Position numbers and translations under genes: made by a program
Notes under the pieces: generated by a model
Told to the model about the DNA's origin: nothing
The model's database searches: none
The model's input: only the letters and a program-made list of their open reading frames with translations
In this document: positions 8,869-18,942 of the stretch, piece by piece
Layout: each line of letters starts with the position of its first letter
Numbering within the stretch: the stretch's first letter is position 1
Sequence record: OZ470804.1
DNA from: a phage
Length of the DNA stretch: 64,000 bases
Direction: 5' to 3' (one strand)

Positions 8869-11579
8869 GTCTTACCTACCTTACCAGTGCCTGTAACAAG
8901 CGTCTTACTCTTTAATCCAAGATTTTTTGATGCTTGACCATACATTCTATCAATAATTTCCTTAACATCAGGTACATCTTTGGTTGGAACCTCTAAAGAG
9001 ACCTCATCGTGGTAACTACAGACCCACCTAGCACCAATAGCGGGCTTCCTACCATTTAGAACTGTAAGCTTGCGCTCTGTTAACTCTCTGTTAGCCAAGT
9101 TAATACCCTCATTCTGCACCTGCGCCTCACTGCCCATAAGTGTGTAATTCAATAACTTATGTGGAGATTTACACCATAACCACGCTCCAGCAACTTTGAT
9201 ATAACCACCTTTGGCAATTGCAGAAGTTTTTCCGAAAACCTCTTCAAGTGCTTTCTTAGTTGCTTTGAAGTCTTCCTCTAACCTGTCCAGAAGCTTTTTA
9301 ATCTTAGGCAGACGCACAAAGTAAGTTTGTTTAGTCAATGCACCTTCTTCCGTAGATGATGCCTTGATAGTTTTTGCAAACTTCTCGTCTCCGGCTCCAA
9401 ATAACAGGGCGTAGATACCATTCTTAGCCTTCTTACGGCCTTTTGTAATCTCGTGAAGAAGTTCCTCATCCTGTGTCTCCCTACAAAGAATAATATCCTC
9501 TTCTTTGTTAAGACCAAAGTAAATACTGTTCAGTGTATGCGCATCAGTCCCTGTATAGACTTCATAGAGGTCATTCTCAGCATCATAACGAAGATACTTG
9601 TCAGTTTCTGGGTTAAGATACTTATCAAGATGCTTACAATAGTATCTACCATCCTCTTGCTTAGTGAACTCTACTGACTCTTTGCCCTCAGTGACCGCTT
9701 TAGTGAAGTCTTCATCACCCATAAAGTTACAAAGAAGAACTAGCTGGGCTGAGTTTTGGTCTACGGAGATGATGTCTGTACCATCTTCACAAGTCCACAC
9801 TTCCCTCATAGGCGCTCCATAGACAGCAGCACCAGACGGTACGTTTACAATGCCATATTGTGTCATACGTCCAGTTGAAGTACCAAACACCATTGCACCA
9901 GCACTAAGGCGACCATCTGGACGAATCTGGTTCAACCAACCTTTTTCATCATCCTTTGAGTTCTCAATAGTTCTGCGTCGGTGCATCAAAGTATAGTACT
10001 TAGCAATCTTCTGCCCAAGCTCACCTTCAATCGTATCATAAGATGATTCAGTAAGTTTTGGTGAAGTACGGATTAAGCAAGGTTCAAGCAAATCTGTGTA
10101 TTTCTTCACAGACCAGTTATGCTCGATGTACTGTACACCTTCGTGTTCAACATAACTCAAACCACACCGCTCAACCATTTCCTGCCACTTAGGATGCTTT
10201 GTAATCATCTTTTTATTGTCTTTGAAACGACAAACTTTGACAGGGCGACCATCTGAGTCTTTCTTGTAATTCCAGTCATCTGGAATCCAACCAACTGATT
10301 TCAAGTAGTCTTTAACAACTGCTACCTGAGTCATGCGAGAAACTTCGAACTCAATTGGTGTATATGGTGCATCAATCAAACCTGTGTAGCGACTTGACTC
10401 AAGTTCAAAGTGGTTAACAACATGACTGTTATAGTACTTCACAGTTTTGACTGTTTTTACTGGCTTCCAGTCTTTGCATTTCTTACCAATCTTTGCGTTC
10501 AACTCATTGCAAATTGCACGAGCATCCTTCATTGCTACAAAACCTTCCTTGTACTCTTCACCAGTTACAGAGTTGGTTGGTGTATAGCAATTTCTCTTTT
10601 CAATGTTAAAAATCTTTGTAGTTGGCTTACCAAATGGCTTGATTTCGTATGTCTGCATCTCACCGTTACGCACCTGTTGACGATACTTTGTCTTAGGATA
10701 CTTGGTAATCCTCTTCAGTCCATCTGCATGACCAAATGTTTCAACATACTCATTCCAAGCTTTTGCAAACTCTTCTCCAGTGACTTTACCTTTGGTCTTA
10801 ATAGTTGGAGGAAGGTGTGGTTCAACCTCTGAAGCAAGCTCATTAGTCAACTTGTCAAGTTCCTTTACATGGAACTCCATAAGCTCTTTATCAGCTTTCC
10901 AACCATTGATAGCTTGTTGACTCATCCAGAAAGATGTTTCTTTAGCTCGCATGTAGGTTTCATAAGTGTCTATGCCACACTTCTTAAGCTTGAGATACTC
11001 ATTATCAAGTGCCCGTTTAGTTTTGGCGTTAATACGGATATCTTCTACAACACGAGTGAAGATTTCTGCATTCCACACACCCCAATGTTCAATCTCTGGT
11101 TTACGAACACCAACACGAGCACCCCATGCAGCCAAGCCATGAGCACCTTTATAACCCTTTGGAGTTGGTCTATCCATCCACTGAACACGAGACTGGATAA
11201 GAGAATCCTGAAAGAAATTACTCCACGGCTTACACTTTGGATTATCAAAGTTCCATAAATCCGGTGCAATGTGATTGAAAACCCACCAGTCATAACCTAG
11301 ACCATTATGAATGCAAAGACGTTTTGCCTTTAACGCAAACTCAATACCTTCACGTAAGCCACCCTTAATGTACTTGGTATACTTGTGACCGAGGATAGGC
11401 TCATCTGTAAAGACCCATACAGGTGGCTCTTCATCGTCAGATTTATAGTCTGCGAAAGCCATTACGTGCACTTTAGTGAACTCAAGGAGTAAACCATCAG
11501 TTTCTGTATCACCAACTAAATGTAAGTTTTTAAAATCTACGTTTTCCATTTTTACTCCCTCTAAAATCATTAACCTCAT
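8850..11579 (-). CDS. DNA polymerase, family A
   Basis: exonuclease motif LVGDTETDG, motif B-like KNGIYALLFGAG, motif C YHDEVSLEV; 909 aa. Confidence 0.9.
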   Translation of the reverse strand: MRLMILEGVKMENVDFKNLHLVGDTETDGLLLEFTKVHVMAFADYKSDDEEPPVWVFTDEPILGHKYTKYIKGGLREGIEFALKAKRLCIHNGLGYDWWVFNHIAPDLWNFDNPKCKPWSNFFQDSLIQSRVQWMDRPTPKGYKGAHGLAAWGARVGVRKPEIEHWGVWNAEIFTRVVEDIRINAKTKRALDNEYLKLKKCGIDTYETYMRAKETSFWMSQQAINGWKADKELMEFHVKELDKLTNELASEVEPHLPPTIKTKGKVTGEEFAKAWNEYVETFGHADGLKRITKYPKTKYRQQVRNGEMQTYEIKPFGKPTTKIFNIEKRNCYTPTNSVTGEEYKEGFVAMKDARAICNELNAKIGKKCKDWKPVKTVKTVKYYNSHVVNHFELESSRYTGLIDAPYTPIEFEVSRMTQVAVVKDYLKSVGWIPDDWNYKKDSDGRPVKVCRFKDNKKMITKHPKWQEMVERCGLSYVEHEGVQYIEHNWSVKKYTDLLEPCLIRTSPKLTESSYDTIEGELGQKIAKYYTLMHRRRTIENSKDDEKGWLNQIRPDGRLSAGAMVFGTSTGRMTQYGIVNVPSGAAVYGAPMREVWTCEDGTDIISVDQNSAQLVLLCNFMGDEDFTKAVTEGKESVEFTKQEDGRYYCKHLDKYLNPETDKYLRYDAENDLYEVYTGTDAHTLNSIYFGLNKEEDIILCRETQDEELLHEITKGRKKAKNGIYALLFGAGDEKFAKTIKASSTEEGALTKQTYFVRLPKIKKLLDRLEEDFKATKKALEEVFGKTSAIAKGGYIKVAGAWLWCKSPHKLLNYTLMGSEAQVQNEGINLANRELTERKLTVLNGRKPAIGARWVCSYHDEVSLEVPTKDVPDVKEIIDRMYGQASKNLGLKSKTLVTGTGKVGKTWYAVH

Positions 11580-11609
11580 ACATTACTGCAAAAAATTATA
11601 AAAAGCAAG

Positions 11610-11638
11610 TTGACAATGCACTTGACAAGGTGTTAATC
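11610..11638 (+). promoter_or_regulatory. putative promoter with tandem TTGACA boxes
   Basis: AAAAAGCAAGTTGACAATGCACTTGACAAGGTGTTAATC; A-rich upstream element. Confidence 0.4.
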
Positions 11639-11806
11639 TTTGCGAAGTGGGTTTTTACTTAAAAGGTTACTTAACAGTTTAACTATACAGATACTTTAAA
11701 AGTCTTAAAAGATTATTTAATAGCTTTTAAAAAGCTTTAAAGTATAACGTATAGAATACGTTAAGATAAAAGATTAAAACTTAATAGTTACTTAAAAGAG
11801 GTTTAC

Positions 11807-12229
11807 ATGCAGAAAATGTTTGTTCACCCAGACATAGCTGACTTTGTTAGAGCTTTGCAGAAGTTGGAAGAACTTGACATTGCTGCTCAACGGGAATATG
11901 CTCACCATCACAGGAGAATGGTTGATATACAACATGAAATAGAGTTGTCTGAAAACTATGAAGATGACTTAAAATGCTCTGTATTTGAGCATATGAAAGA
12001 TGTTGCTACAGCGAGACGTAAAGCTAAAGACACAGTTGCTTTACTAGATTCTCTTAAAAAGAGGTTGCAAAGTGGTACAGACCTGTGTAATCTAGCGTCA
12101 CTGATTAACGATGTTGAAACTTCTTGGGATAGGCACTATTATCCACGTTCTGAAAAGACACTTGACTTTTCTTCATCAGAAAACTTAAAATGTTCTAGAA
12201 AGAAACTTAACCAACTGAGAGAGAAATAA
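11807..12229 (+). CDS. hypothetical protein
   Basis: 140 aa ORF with AAAAGAGG RBS. Confidence 0.55.
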   Translation: MQKMFVHPDIADFVRALQKLEELDIAAQREYAHHHRRMVDIQHEIELSENYEDDLKCSVFEHMKDVATARRKAKDTVALLDSLKKRLQSGTDLCNLASLINDVETSWDRHYYPRSEKTLDFSSSENLKCSRKKLNQLREK

Positions 12230-12230
12230 T

Positions 12231-13031
12231 ATGAATACTACTGTAGACCAGATGCTTGAAGAAAAAGGTATTGACGAAGCTTTCTTAATCAATGCCGTAG
12301 AAAGCATGGCTATGATTCTTCGTGGAAACAACTACACAGAACAGTTTATGCCTGCAAGCTATAACCTGCCTAAAGACAAGTCTGATAACGGTGCTTTTGC
12401 AGAACAGGTTAATATGATGTTGACAGACACTACACTTGCTCTAGCATCTATTGCGGTTGGTGTTGATGCACTTGCTGAGTTCATTTTTTATGAAATGCAA
12501 AAGAATGACTATATCAGGATGTCAGACGAAGATAAGGAACTGTTACTGACTAAGGATACTGATTTCATTATTGATACGCTTATCTCATCAACAAGTGCTG
12601 TTATGGCTGTTCTTGAGAAGCGTATGGAAGAGAAACTTTCACGATATGAAAAGCTTGATTGGGGCGTAGAAGAATTAAACCCACGAATCAAAGAGATTAT
12701 CCAGCAAACTAAAGAGTCTTTAGAAGAAGCTGTTGAAAATGACACTGTAGCTGATATAGAACCTCTTCAGGTGAAAGTTGCACTGATGATTCCAGCTATT
12801 TCTACAATGATGAATATCGTTGCACTAATCCAACTTTCACAGATGATGGGTGTGAGTATGGAGTTCATTGAGGAGATGACTGGTGGTGTCAGTATGCAAG
12901 CAATCAATGATGTTTTGGTGAACATTGGTGCTTCAATCATTGAAGAGAAACTACGCATCAACTTCGGTGATGATTTTGTGAAGCAACTCTCAGCTATGGC
13001 TGAAAAAGAGTCTGCCGAGCAACTGCACTAA
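12231..13031 (+). CDS. hypothetical protein
   Basis: 266 aa ORF, start overlaps stop of previous gene. Confidence 0.55.
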   Translation: MNTTVDQMLEEKGIDEAFLINAVESMAMILRGNNYTEQFMPASYNLPKDKSDNGAFAEQVNMMLTDTTLALASIAVGVDALAEFIFYEMQKNDYIRMSDEDKELLLTKDTDFIIDTLISSTSAVMAVLEKRMEEKLSRYEKLDWGVEELNPRIKEIIQQTKESLEEAVENDTVADIEPLQVKVALMIPAISTMMNIVALIQLSQMMGVSMEFIEEMTGGVSMQAINDVLVNIGASIIEEKLRINFGDDFVKQLSAMAEKESAEQLH

Positions 13032-13049
13032 GTCTTTATAAATCTTACA

Positions 13050-13074
13050 AGCCTCCTTAGTTGGGGGCTTTTTA
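13050..13074 (+). terminator. intrinsic terminator
   Basis: AGCCTCC..GGGGGCT hairpin followed by TTTTT. Confidence 0.5.
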
Positions 13075-13092
13075 GTAATTAAGGGAGATAAA

Positions 13093-13836
13093 ATGAGTAA
13101 TATTATTGCATTTACTGGAAAGGCACGCTCTGGAAAAGACACCTCATGTTCTATTGTGAAGAACATCTTAGAGGATGAGTACGGCTACAATGTTGCAGTA
13201 ATGGCCTATGCAGACAACCTTAAGCTATCTGCATCAAAGATATTTGACCTGACTTGGAATGACCTGTATGGTGAAACTAAAGAGACTCCACAGGTTTTTG
13301 ACTTATCATATCCTGAACTGATGTTAAAAGTTACAGAAGCTATGGAGTTCACTTTCAAAGGTGAGCGTTACCATATGGATTTTAAGCTTATGTCAGAGTT
13401 AACCGGACGATTAATCATGGAACTTAAGAAGGTGGCTAAACCGACTCTATTAACACGTCTGGGATTTAGCAAGAAGTATAAATTCTCATCAAGGCAAATT
13501 CAACAGATTTGGGGCACTGAAGTTATCCGTAAAGTTATGGGTGACAAGTTCTGGGCTAAAGACCTCGAAAAACGAATGGTAAATTTCTTTGACGTTTGCT
13601 CACTTAGAAATCAAGAAGGTGTTGTTTTAATCAGTGATTTAAGATTTGACTCTGAAGCTGAGTGGCTGAGTAGATTTGCACACCAAACTATTGAAGTAAA
13701 AAGAGACAATGTGGACAAAGTTTCATCACACGTTTCAGAAAATGGGATTTCTACAAAATATGAGCGTGACATTATTCATAATAATGGTACTCTTGAAGAC
13801 CTTGAAAGCAAGCTAAGAGCTATCCTGAAGATTTAA
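13093..13836 (+). CDS. deoxynucleoside monophosphate kinase
   Basis: N-terminal P-loop FTGKARSGKDT and C-terminal NNGTLEDLESKL resemble T4 gene 1 dNMP kinase. Confidence 0.7.
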   Translation: MSNIIAFTGKARSGKDTSCSIVKNILEDEYGYNVAVMAYADNLKLSASKIFDLTWNDLYGETKETPQVFDLSYPELMLKVTEAMEFTFKGERYHMDFKLMSELTGRLIMELKKVAKPTLLTRLGFSKKYKFSSRQIQQIWGTEVIRKVMGDKFWAKDLEKRMVNFFDVCSLRNQEGVVLISDLRFDSEAEWLSRFAHQTIEVKRDNVDKVSSHVSENGISTKYERDIIHNNGTLEDLESKLRAILKI

Positions 13837-13844
13837 AAGAGAGA

Positions 13845-14045
13845 ATGAAGATGAGAGTAAAAGATAATTTCAAAGTTATTGACCATCGTTTAGTGGAACT
13901 CTCATCTCTTTCCAATGAGGTAATGATTGAACGTCTTAAGAGAGTTGAATCACGAAGGAAAGAGATTGCAGACGAAATTCATGAACTGGACAAGATTGAA
14001 AATGGATTGAAGGCAGAACTACAACGAAGAGGTGCTAATGTCTAA
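13845..14045 (+). CDS. hypothetical coiled-coil protein
   Basis: 66 aa ORF overlapping primase start. Confidence 0.4.
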   Translation: MKMRVKDNFKVIDHRLVELSSLSNEVMIERLKRVESRRKEIADEIHELDKIENGLKAELQRRGANV

Positions 14046-16023
14046 AGGTCGTAAATTGAAAGAGGCTGGTCAGTTTATTGGTCATTGTGCATGTCCACGT
14101 TGTGGTTCATCAGATGCTGGTTCAATCTACCATCATGACGATGATTCTTATTCGATGACTTGCTTTAGTTGTAATAAAGGTTTCCCAGAGTGGGATTTTG
14201 ATAAAGGACAAATCGTGAGCACTTATTCTACTGGTTCAGACAATAAAAACCGTACTTTCCGTGGAATGGATTTAGACGATGTAAAAGAAAACCTAGAAGC
14301 AATGGACTTGAAAGACAGGAAGATTCCTGCAAAAGTCCTTGAACGTTTAGGTATCAAGGTTGACATTGATGGTGACGGTGAAATTGACGCACATTTCTAT
14401 CCAACTTACAAACGTAATGAAGATGGTAAGCTAGAGCACGTCGGTTATCGTGTACGTCACCGTTACCCAGAAGACCACCCAAAAGAACATCTACGCGGTA
14501 AGTTAAAAGACTTTTCAGGTGGTGTTGGGGACATTAAAGGTGAACTGGCAATGTTCGGTTCATGGATTGCTCCAGAAGGTGGTAACCGTCTATTCATTTG
14601 GGAAGGTGAGATGGAATGTGCCACAGCAATCTACATGACTTCTCTGGCGATTAAAGATAAGTCTCGTCGTAAGAATTACTGTCACGTATCTGTTCCATCA
14701 GGTGCAAACATTAAGTCTATCAAAGACAACTATCAGTACATTACATCATTTGATGAGATTTACTTGTGCTTTGATAACGATGAAGCAGGTGCTAAAGCTA
14801 CCAAAGAAGCTGCTGGTATCCTACCTATTGAGAAGGTTCGTTTATTCCAGTATCCAGAAGGTGTAAAAGACCTTAACGAATGGTGGACAAAGTTCTATAA
14901 AGAGAAAGACACAGTTCTGGAAGGATTTAAACAGCGTATCTACAACGCACCTCGTTACTGCCCTGCTGGTATCAAGAACTTCGCAGATGGTTTTGAGGCA
15001 ATGAAGAATCGTGGTCAGATTCCATTGATTCCTTTCCCAGAATCTTTCGGAGATTTGAACAGGTTGACTTATGGTGGTTATGGTTTAGGTGAGATTACAA
15101 CTCTGGCAGCACCATCTTCAGTAGGTAAATCAGCGTACACCCGTGAAATGATTTACACTGCTTGGAAGGAAACTGATTATAATATTGGTGTAATTCCTGT
15201 AGAAGATACCTATGAAGAGTTGATGGAGATGCTCTGTGCAATTCATCTAAGCAAGCAGATTTCTGAGATTCCTTATGATGAACGTGATTGGGATGAATTG
15301 AAGGAAGCACACGCAGAACTATCTAAAGGTCGTCGTATCCATATCGTTGACCATCAAGGGGCAATTGACCAAGATAACCTGCTGGAATTTGTTGACTATC
15401 TTGTTAACAGTTTAGACTGTAAGATTATTATTCTTGACCCTATTACGTTGGCTCTGTCACGTTCAGATACGGATGAAGAGGAAGTTTTATCTGAGCTATT
15501 GCGTCGTTGCAAACGCTACCAGTATGCACAGGTAAACGTATGTCACGTTCGTAAGAGTGCAGGTGGTCAGAAAGCTAACTCTGAAGGTGGAGATATCTCT
15601 GAAGAGGATATTAAGGGTTCTGGTGCATACTTCCAGATTTCCATGAACAACATTCTGTTAATGCGTAACAAGGTTGACCCAGACCCTGTTAAGAAAAACT
15701 TGACAAAAATCAAGTTAACTAAGTGTCGTCGTCATGGTAAGTCAACAGGTATTGCTGGTCATACTTGGTACAATCCAGATACAGGACGTCTTATCAAAGC
15801 TTCTGGATGTGGTGTTGACATTGATGGTGCAGCAGAAAATATTCGTCAACAGTTTGGTATTGGTGAAGCTGAAGACCATTACGATGACTCTTTACCTCAT
15901 TATGAGGATGAAGTGTTTGACCGTGAGACTGGTGAAGTCTATACTGAAGAACAGCGTCAAAGTTCAACAATCCCACCTGTATTAAGCGAGGATGCAGATG
16001 ACTGCCCGTTCGAAACTGAGTGA
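14032..16023 (+). CDS. bifunctional DNA primase/helicase (T7 gp4-like)
   Basis: N-terminal zinc ribbon CACPRCG..CFSCNKGF, DnaB-type Walker A AAPSSVGKSAYT, Walker B IIILDP. Confidence 0.85.
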   Translation: MLMSKGRKLKEAGQFIGHCACPRCGSSDAGSIYHHDDDSYSMTCFSCNKGFPEWDFDKGQIVSTYSTGSDNKNRTFRGMDLDDVKENLEAMDLKDRKIPAKVLERLGIKVDIDGDGEIDAHFYPTYKRNEDGKLEHVGYRVRHRYPEDHPKEHLRGKLKDFSGGVGDIKGELAMFGSWIAPEGGNRLFIWEGEMECATAIYMTSLAIKDKSRRKNYCHVSVPSGANIKSIKDNYQYITSFDEIYLCFDNDEAGAKATKEAAGILPIEKVRLFQYPEGVKDLNEWWTKFYKEKDTVLEGFKQRIYNAPRYCPAGIKNFADGFEAMKNRGQIPLIPFPESFGDLNRLTYGGYGLGEITTLAAPSSVGKSAYTREMIYTAWKETDYNIGVIPVEDTYEELMEMLCAIHLSKQISEIPYDERDWDELKEAHAELSKGRRIHIVDHQGAIDQDNLLEFVDYLVNSLDCKIIILDPITLALSRSDTDEEEVLSELLRRCKRYQYAQVNVCHVRKSAGGQKANSEGGDISEEDIKGSGAYFQISMNNILLMRNKVDPDPVKKNLTKIKLTKCRRHGKSTGIAGHTWYNPDTGRLIKASGCGVDIDGAAENIRQQFGIGEAEDHYDDSLPHYEDEVFDRETGEVYTEEQRQSSTIPPVLSEDADDCPFETE

Positions 16024-16276
16024 TAGTTATAAAAGAGAGGGGTTTATACCCTTCTTTGAAGAAAAAAGTTTAAATAAATTTCAGGAAGAGTGTTTGACAA
16101 AGATTGATAGGTTCTATAGAATGCTCCTCATGAAATGCGATGGGGAGGTTGCTATAAAAGAAGATTCCTACCAAAGCACGATTACAGTCATCATTACACT
16201 GCCTCAGCATAATATTAGTTGGCTGTTTATAATTAAAGAAAATGTGTTTGAATATCAAGTATATCGGAGAATATCA

Positions 16277-16425
16277 TGAAGCACTCTAAAGCATTTGAAA
16301 AAGTTTTTGGGGATTCCTTAAAAGCCACTGCTGGAAAACCAGCAAAATACTATGAAGAAAAACGTGTAAGAACTGGAAAAACTGCACGTAAAGCAGCTTC
16401 TAAAGATAAGCACAACTTCCAGTAA
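16277..16425 (+). CDS. small basic protein (not in ORF track, 49 aa)
   Basis: ATG at 16277, MKHSKAFEKVFGDSLKATAGKPAKYYEEKRVRTGKTARKAASKDKHNFQ, stop 16423-16425. Confidence 0.3.
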
Positions 16426-16432
16426 TTAGTAT

Positions 16433-16461
16433 TTGACAATAGAGTATCAACAAACTAGAAT
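16433..16461 (+). promoter_or_regulatory. sigma70-type promoter
   Basis: TTGACA-17 bp-TAGAAT upstream of SSB-like gene. Confidence 0.55.
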
Positions 16462-16497
16462 TGGTACTCTTCATAAATTGAGATAGAGGTTTAAATA

Positions 16498-17355
16498 ATG
16501 TCTAAAGTTGTTAAAATGAAAGCTCCGGTAGAGAAGTACAACGGTACTGAACGTCAAACTCTGCGTTACCTGCTGAAAGATGTCTGGTTTTATTACCTGA
16601 ACACTTCACCACGTCCGGGAAAAGGTAAGTCTATTGATAAGAAATTCCCAGGCAAAGACTGTAACTACAGCGTATCAATTCTGGCAGAAGACGGTAACAA
16701 ACTGTTTAAAGAGTTTACTAAGTCTAAGAAGAACCCAGAAGGTTGGGATAAAGTTACTACTGAAGCAGTTGATGCAGATGACTTCGAAGAGAAGTTTGGT
16801 TGTAAACCACCTTTTGAAGCAGACACTTACTACATCTTGAAAGTAAGTCGTGCAGCAGCTTATAAAGATGGTGCTGTGTGGACAGCTAAACAGTCATTCC
16901 CTGTAATGCTGATTGAAGAAGTAAATGGTAAGCGTGTAGCTGTTAAACAGCCGATGAAGAAAATCAAAGCTCAAGCATCTGACAAACATGAAGATGACAA
17001 GAACTATGATGTAATTCATCCAGATATTGCAGTTGGTAACGGTTCTTTTGGTAGTGTGATTCTTTCTACTCACTTCTACACTTTTGAGAACAATGTTCTG
17101 ACAAAACCTATTCAGGAACAGTTTATCATCGATACTCTTGTACCTTACACTGGTGGTAATGGTGCTAATGGTGAACCTGAACTGGATGAAGATGAACTGG
17201 CTATGCTTGGTCTTGATGGTGTTGAAGATAACGGTGAAATCACTGAAGAAGACGCAACAGACCACAAACCTTCGAATAATTCTGATGATGGTGACGATGA
17301 AGACTTGCCAGACCCAGATGACGAAGAAGATGAAGACTTCGATACAGAAGACTAA
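16498..17355 (+). CDS. single-stranded DNA-binding protein (putative)
   Basis: strongly acidic C-terminal tail DDGDDEDLPDPDDEEDEDFDTED; position between helicase and flap endonuclease. Confidence 0.5.
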   Translation: MSKVVKMKAPVEKYNGTERQTLRYLLKDVWFYYLNTSPRPGKGKSIDKKFPGKDCNYSVSILAEDGNKLFKEFTKSKKNPEGWDKVTTEAVDADDFEEKFGCKPPFEADTYYILKVSRAAAYKDGAVWTAKQSFPVMLIEEVNGKRVAVKQPMKKIKAQASDKHEDDKNYDVIHPDIAVGNGSFGSVILSTHFYTFENNVLTKPIQEQFIIDTLVPYTGGNGANGEPELDEDELAMLGLDGVEDNGEITEEDATDHKPSNNSDDGDDEDLPDPDDEEDEDFDTED

Positions 17356-17374
17356 TCTCTAAAAGTTACTTTAA

Positions 17375-17402
17375 AGCCCTGTACTTAGTATGGGGCTTTT
17401 TC
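17375..17402 (+). terminator. intrinsic terminator
   Basis: AGCCC..GGGCT hairpin followed by TTTTT. Confidence 0.5.
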
Positions 17403-17417
17403 ATATGGAGAGCCATA

Positions 17418-18464
17418 ATGGAGAAGTACACATTAACAAAACTTCCCGATTCAGTTACACATGTCTTTATTGACTCTGATAGCATTGCCTATAAAGGTGC
17501 TTGTGTAGTTGAGAAAGCAAAATATAAATATGTCAATAAACTCACAGCAGAAGAATCTGAACCATTTGATAATGCAAAAGATGCTGCAAGATGGTTAGCA
17601 GACCAGAGAATCCTTGTAGAAGAGCTTGGACTGACATTTGATGAAGATGAATGGGAAAGACAGACTTGGAAAGAAGCTAAGAGTGAAAAAGAAGCTATCA
17701 TGGCTACTCAGCAGGTTCTTCAGGAATGGCTTAAGGTTGTTGGTAAAGAAAGAACTTGGGTAGGTTATTTAACAGAGAAAGGTGTGCATAAACATAAAGA
17801 CATTAAAGGTCTTGAGCACCAATATCAAGGTAACCGCAAAGATGCTGTCACACCAACACACTTAGTTGCTTGTCGTGAGTATCTTCTGTCAAGGCCAGAG
17901 TTCAAATTGATTCTTGATGGATTTGAAGCTGACTCTATCGTTATTGCTAAAGCTGAAAAGATGGGTAAAAAGGCTGCCTTAATGAGTATTGATAAAGACC
18001 TTCGCCAAGCTGAAGGGACTTACTGCATTGATATGACCTATGAAAAGTCGCCTTTGATTTTCATTGCTGATAACAACGTTGGTGAAATTTGGGATTGTCC
18101 AATAAAATCGACACCAAAAGCTAAGAAGACAGTTGGGGTAGGTTTTAAATTTCTTTGTTACCAAGCTGTGGCTGGTGATAATGCGGATAATTATTTTGGT
18201 TTAAAGGGTGTTGGTAAGGTTACTATAATGAAAGCCCTTGAAGGTAAAACCACCTACAAAGAGTGTCTTGATGCAATTTATGAGCTTTATGCTAAGAAAG
18301 AGTCATACACTTATGTCTCGTGGGATGGTCAAACAATTACCAGAACACCTTTAGAGTTAATGCAGCAACACTTTTTCTTAGCTTATCAGGAAAGAAACAA
18401 GAAAGACGATTTCACTTTTGATAAGTATGGGTGGACACCAAATGTTAACTCAACAAACTCTTAA
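17418..18464 (+). CDS. 5'-3' exonuclease / flap endonuclease
   Basis: helix-3-turn-helix motif GLKGVGKVTIMKALEG and acidic metal-binding residues. Confidence 0.75.
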   Translation: MEKYTLTKLPDSVTHVFIDSDSIAYKGACVVEKAKYKYVNKLTAEESEPFDNAKDAARWLADQRILVEELGLTFDEDEWERQTWKEAKSEKEAIMATQQVLQEWLKVVGKERTWVGYLTEKGVHKHKDIKGLEHQYQGNRKDAVTPTHLVACREYLLSRPEFKLILDGFEADSIVIAKAEKMGKKAALMSIDKDLRQAEGTYCIDMTYEKSPLIFIADNNVGEIWDCPIKSTPKAKKTVGVGFKFLCYQAVAGDNADNYFGLKGVGKVTIMKALEGKTTYKECLDAIYELYAKKESYTYVSWDGQTITRTPLELMQQHFFLAYQERNKKDDFTFDKYGWTPNVNSTNS

Positions 18465-18942
18465 AGAATACCTGCACTATGACCCCGAAACAGGGGTCTT
18501 TACTTGGTTAGTTGGTAGAAAAGGTAAGGCCAAAGCTGGCTCAGTAGCAGGTCTTAAACATCATAGTGGTTATATTTATATAAAACTCTTCGGAAAAAGA
18601 TATGCAGCACACAGACTGGCATTCTTGTATATGAAAGGATACCTCCCAAAATTTGTTGACCACAAGAATGGTATCAGGCACGACAACTGGTTCGACAATT
18701 TGAGAGAGTGTAGCAGGTCAGACAACAACTGCAATGCAGTCAAAAGAAAAGATAATAAGTCTGGTGTGAAGGGTGTATATTACCACAAGCAAAGGGGTAG
18801 GTGGGCTGCACAAGTCAAGCATAATAAAGTATGCTACCATCTAGGTTTATTTGACTCTATCACTGAGGCTGAATCAGTTGTCAAAAAGAAAAGAGAAGAA
18901 CTCCATAGAGAGTTTACAAATCACGGAGAAGCTCATGAATGA
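18442..18942 (+). CDS. HNH homing endonuclease with AP2 domain
   Basis: FVDHKNGIRHDNWFDNLRE and SGVKGVYYHKQRGRWAAQV; paralog of 8365-8868. Confidence 0.7.
   Translation: MLTQQTLKEYLHYDPETGVFTWLVGRKGKAKAGSVAGLKHHSGYIYIKLFGKRYAAHRLAFLYMKGYLPKFVDHKNGIRHDNWFDNLRECSRSDNNCNAVKRKDNKSGVKGVYYHKQRGRWAAQVKHNKVCYHLGLFDSITEAESVVKKKREELHREFTNHGEAHE

Noticed and set aside
9335-11293. ORFs antisense or out of frame within the DNA polymerase gene (9335-9517, 9453-9677, 10410-10832, 10869-11258, 11045-11293)
   Set aside because: Embedded in a 909 aa polymerase ORF with conserved motifs; low-complexity translations
15992-16279. 95 aa ORF overlapping the 3' end of the primase-helicase gene
   Set aside because: Starts inside the helicase gene with no clear RBS; the downstream gap may instead hold the 49 aa ORF at 16277 and a promoter
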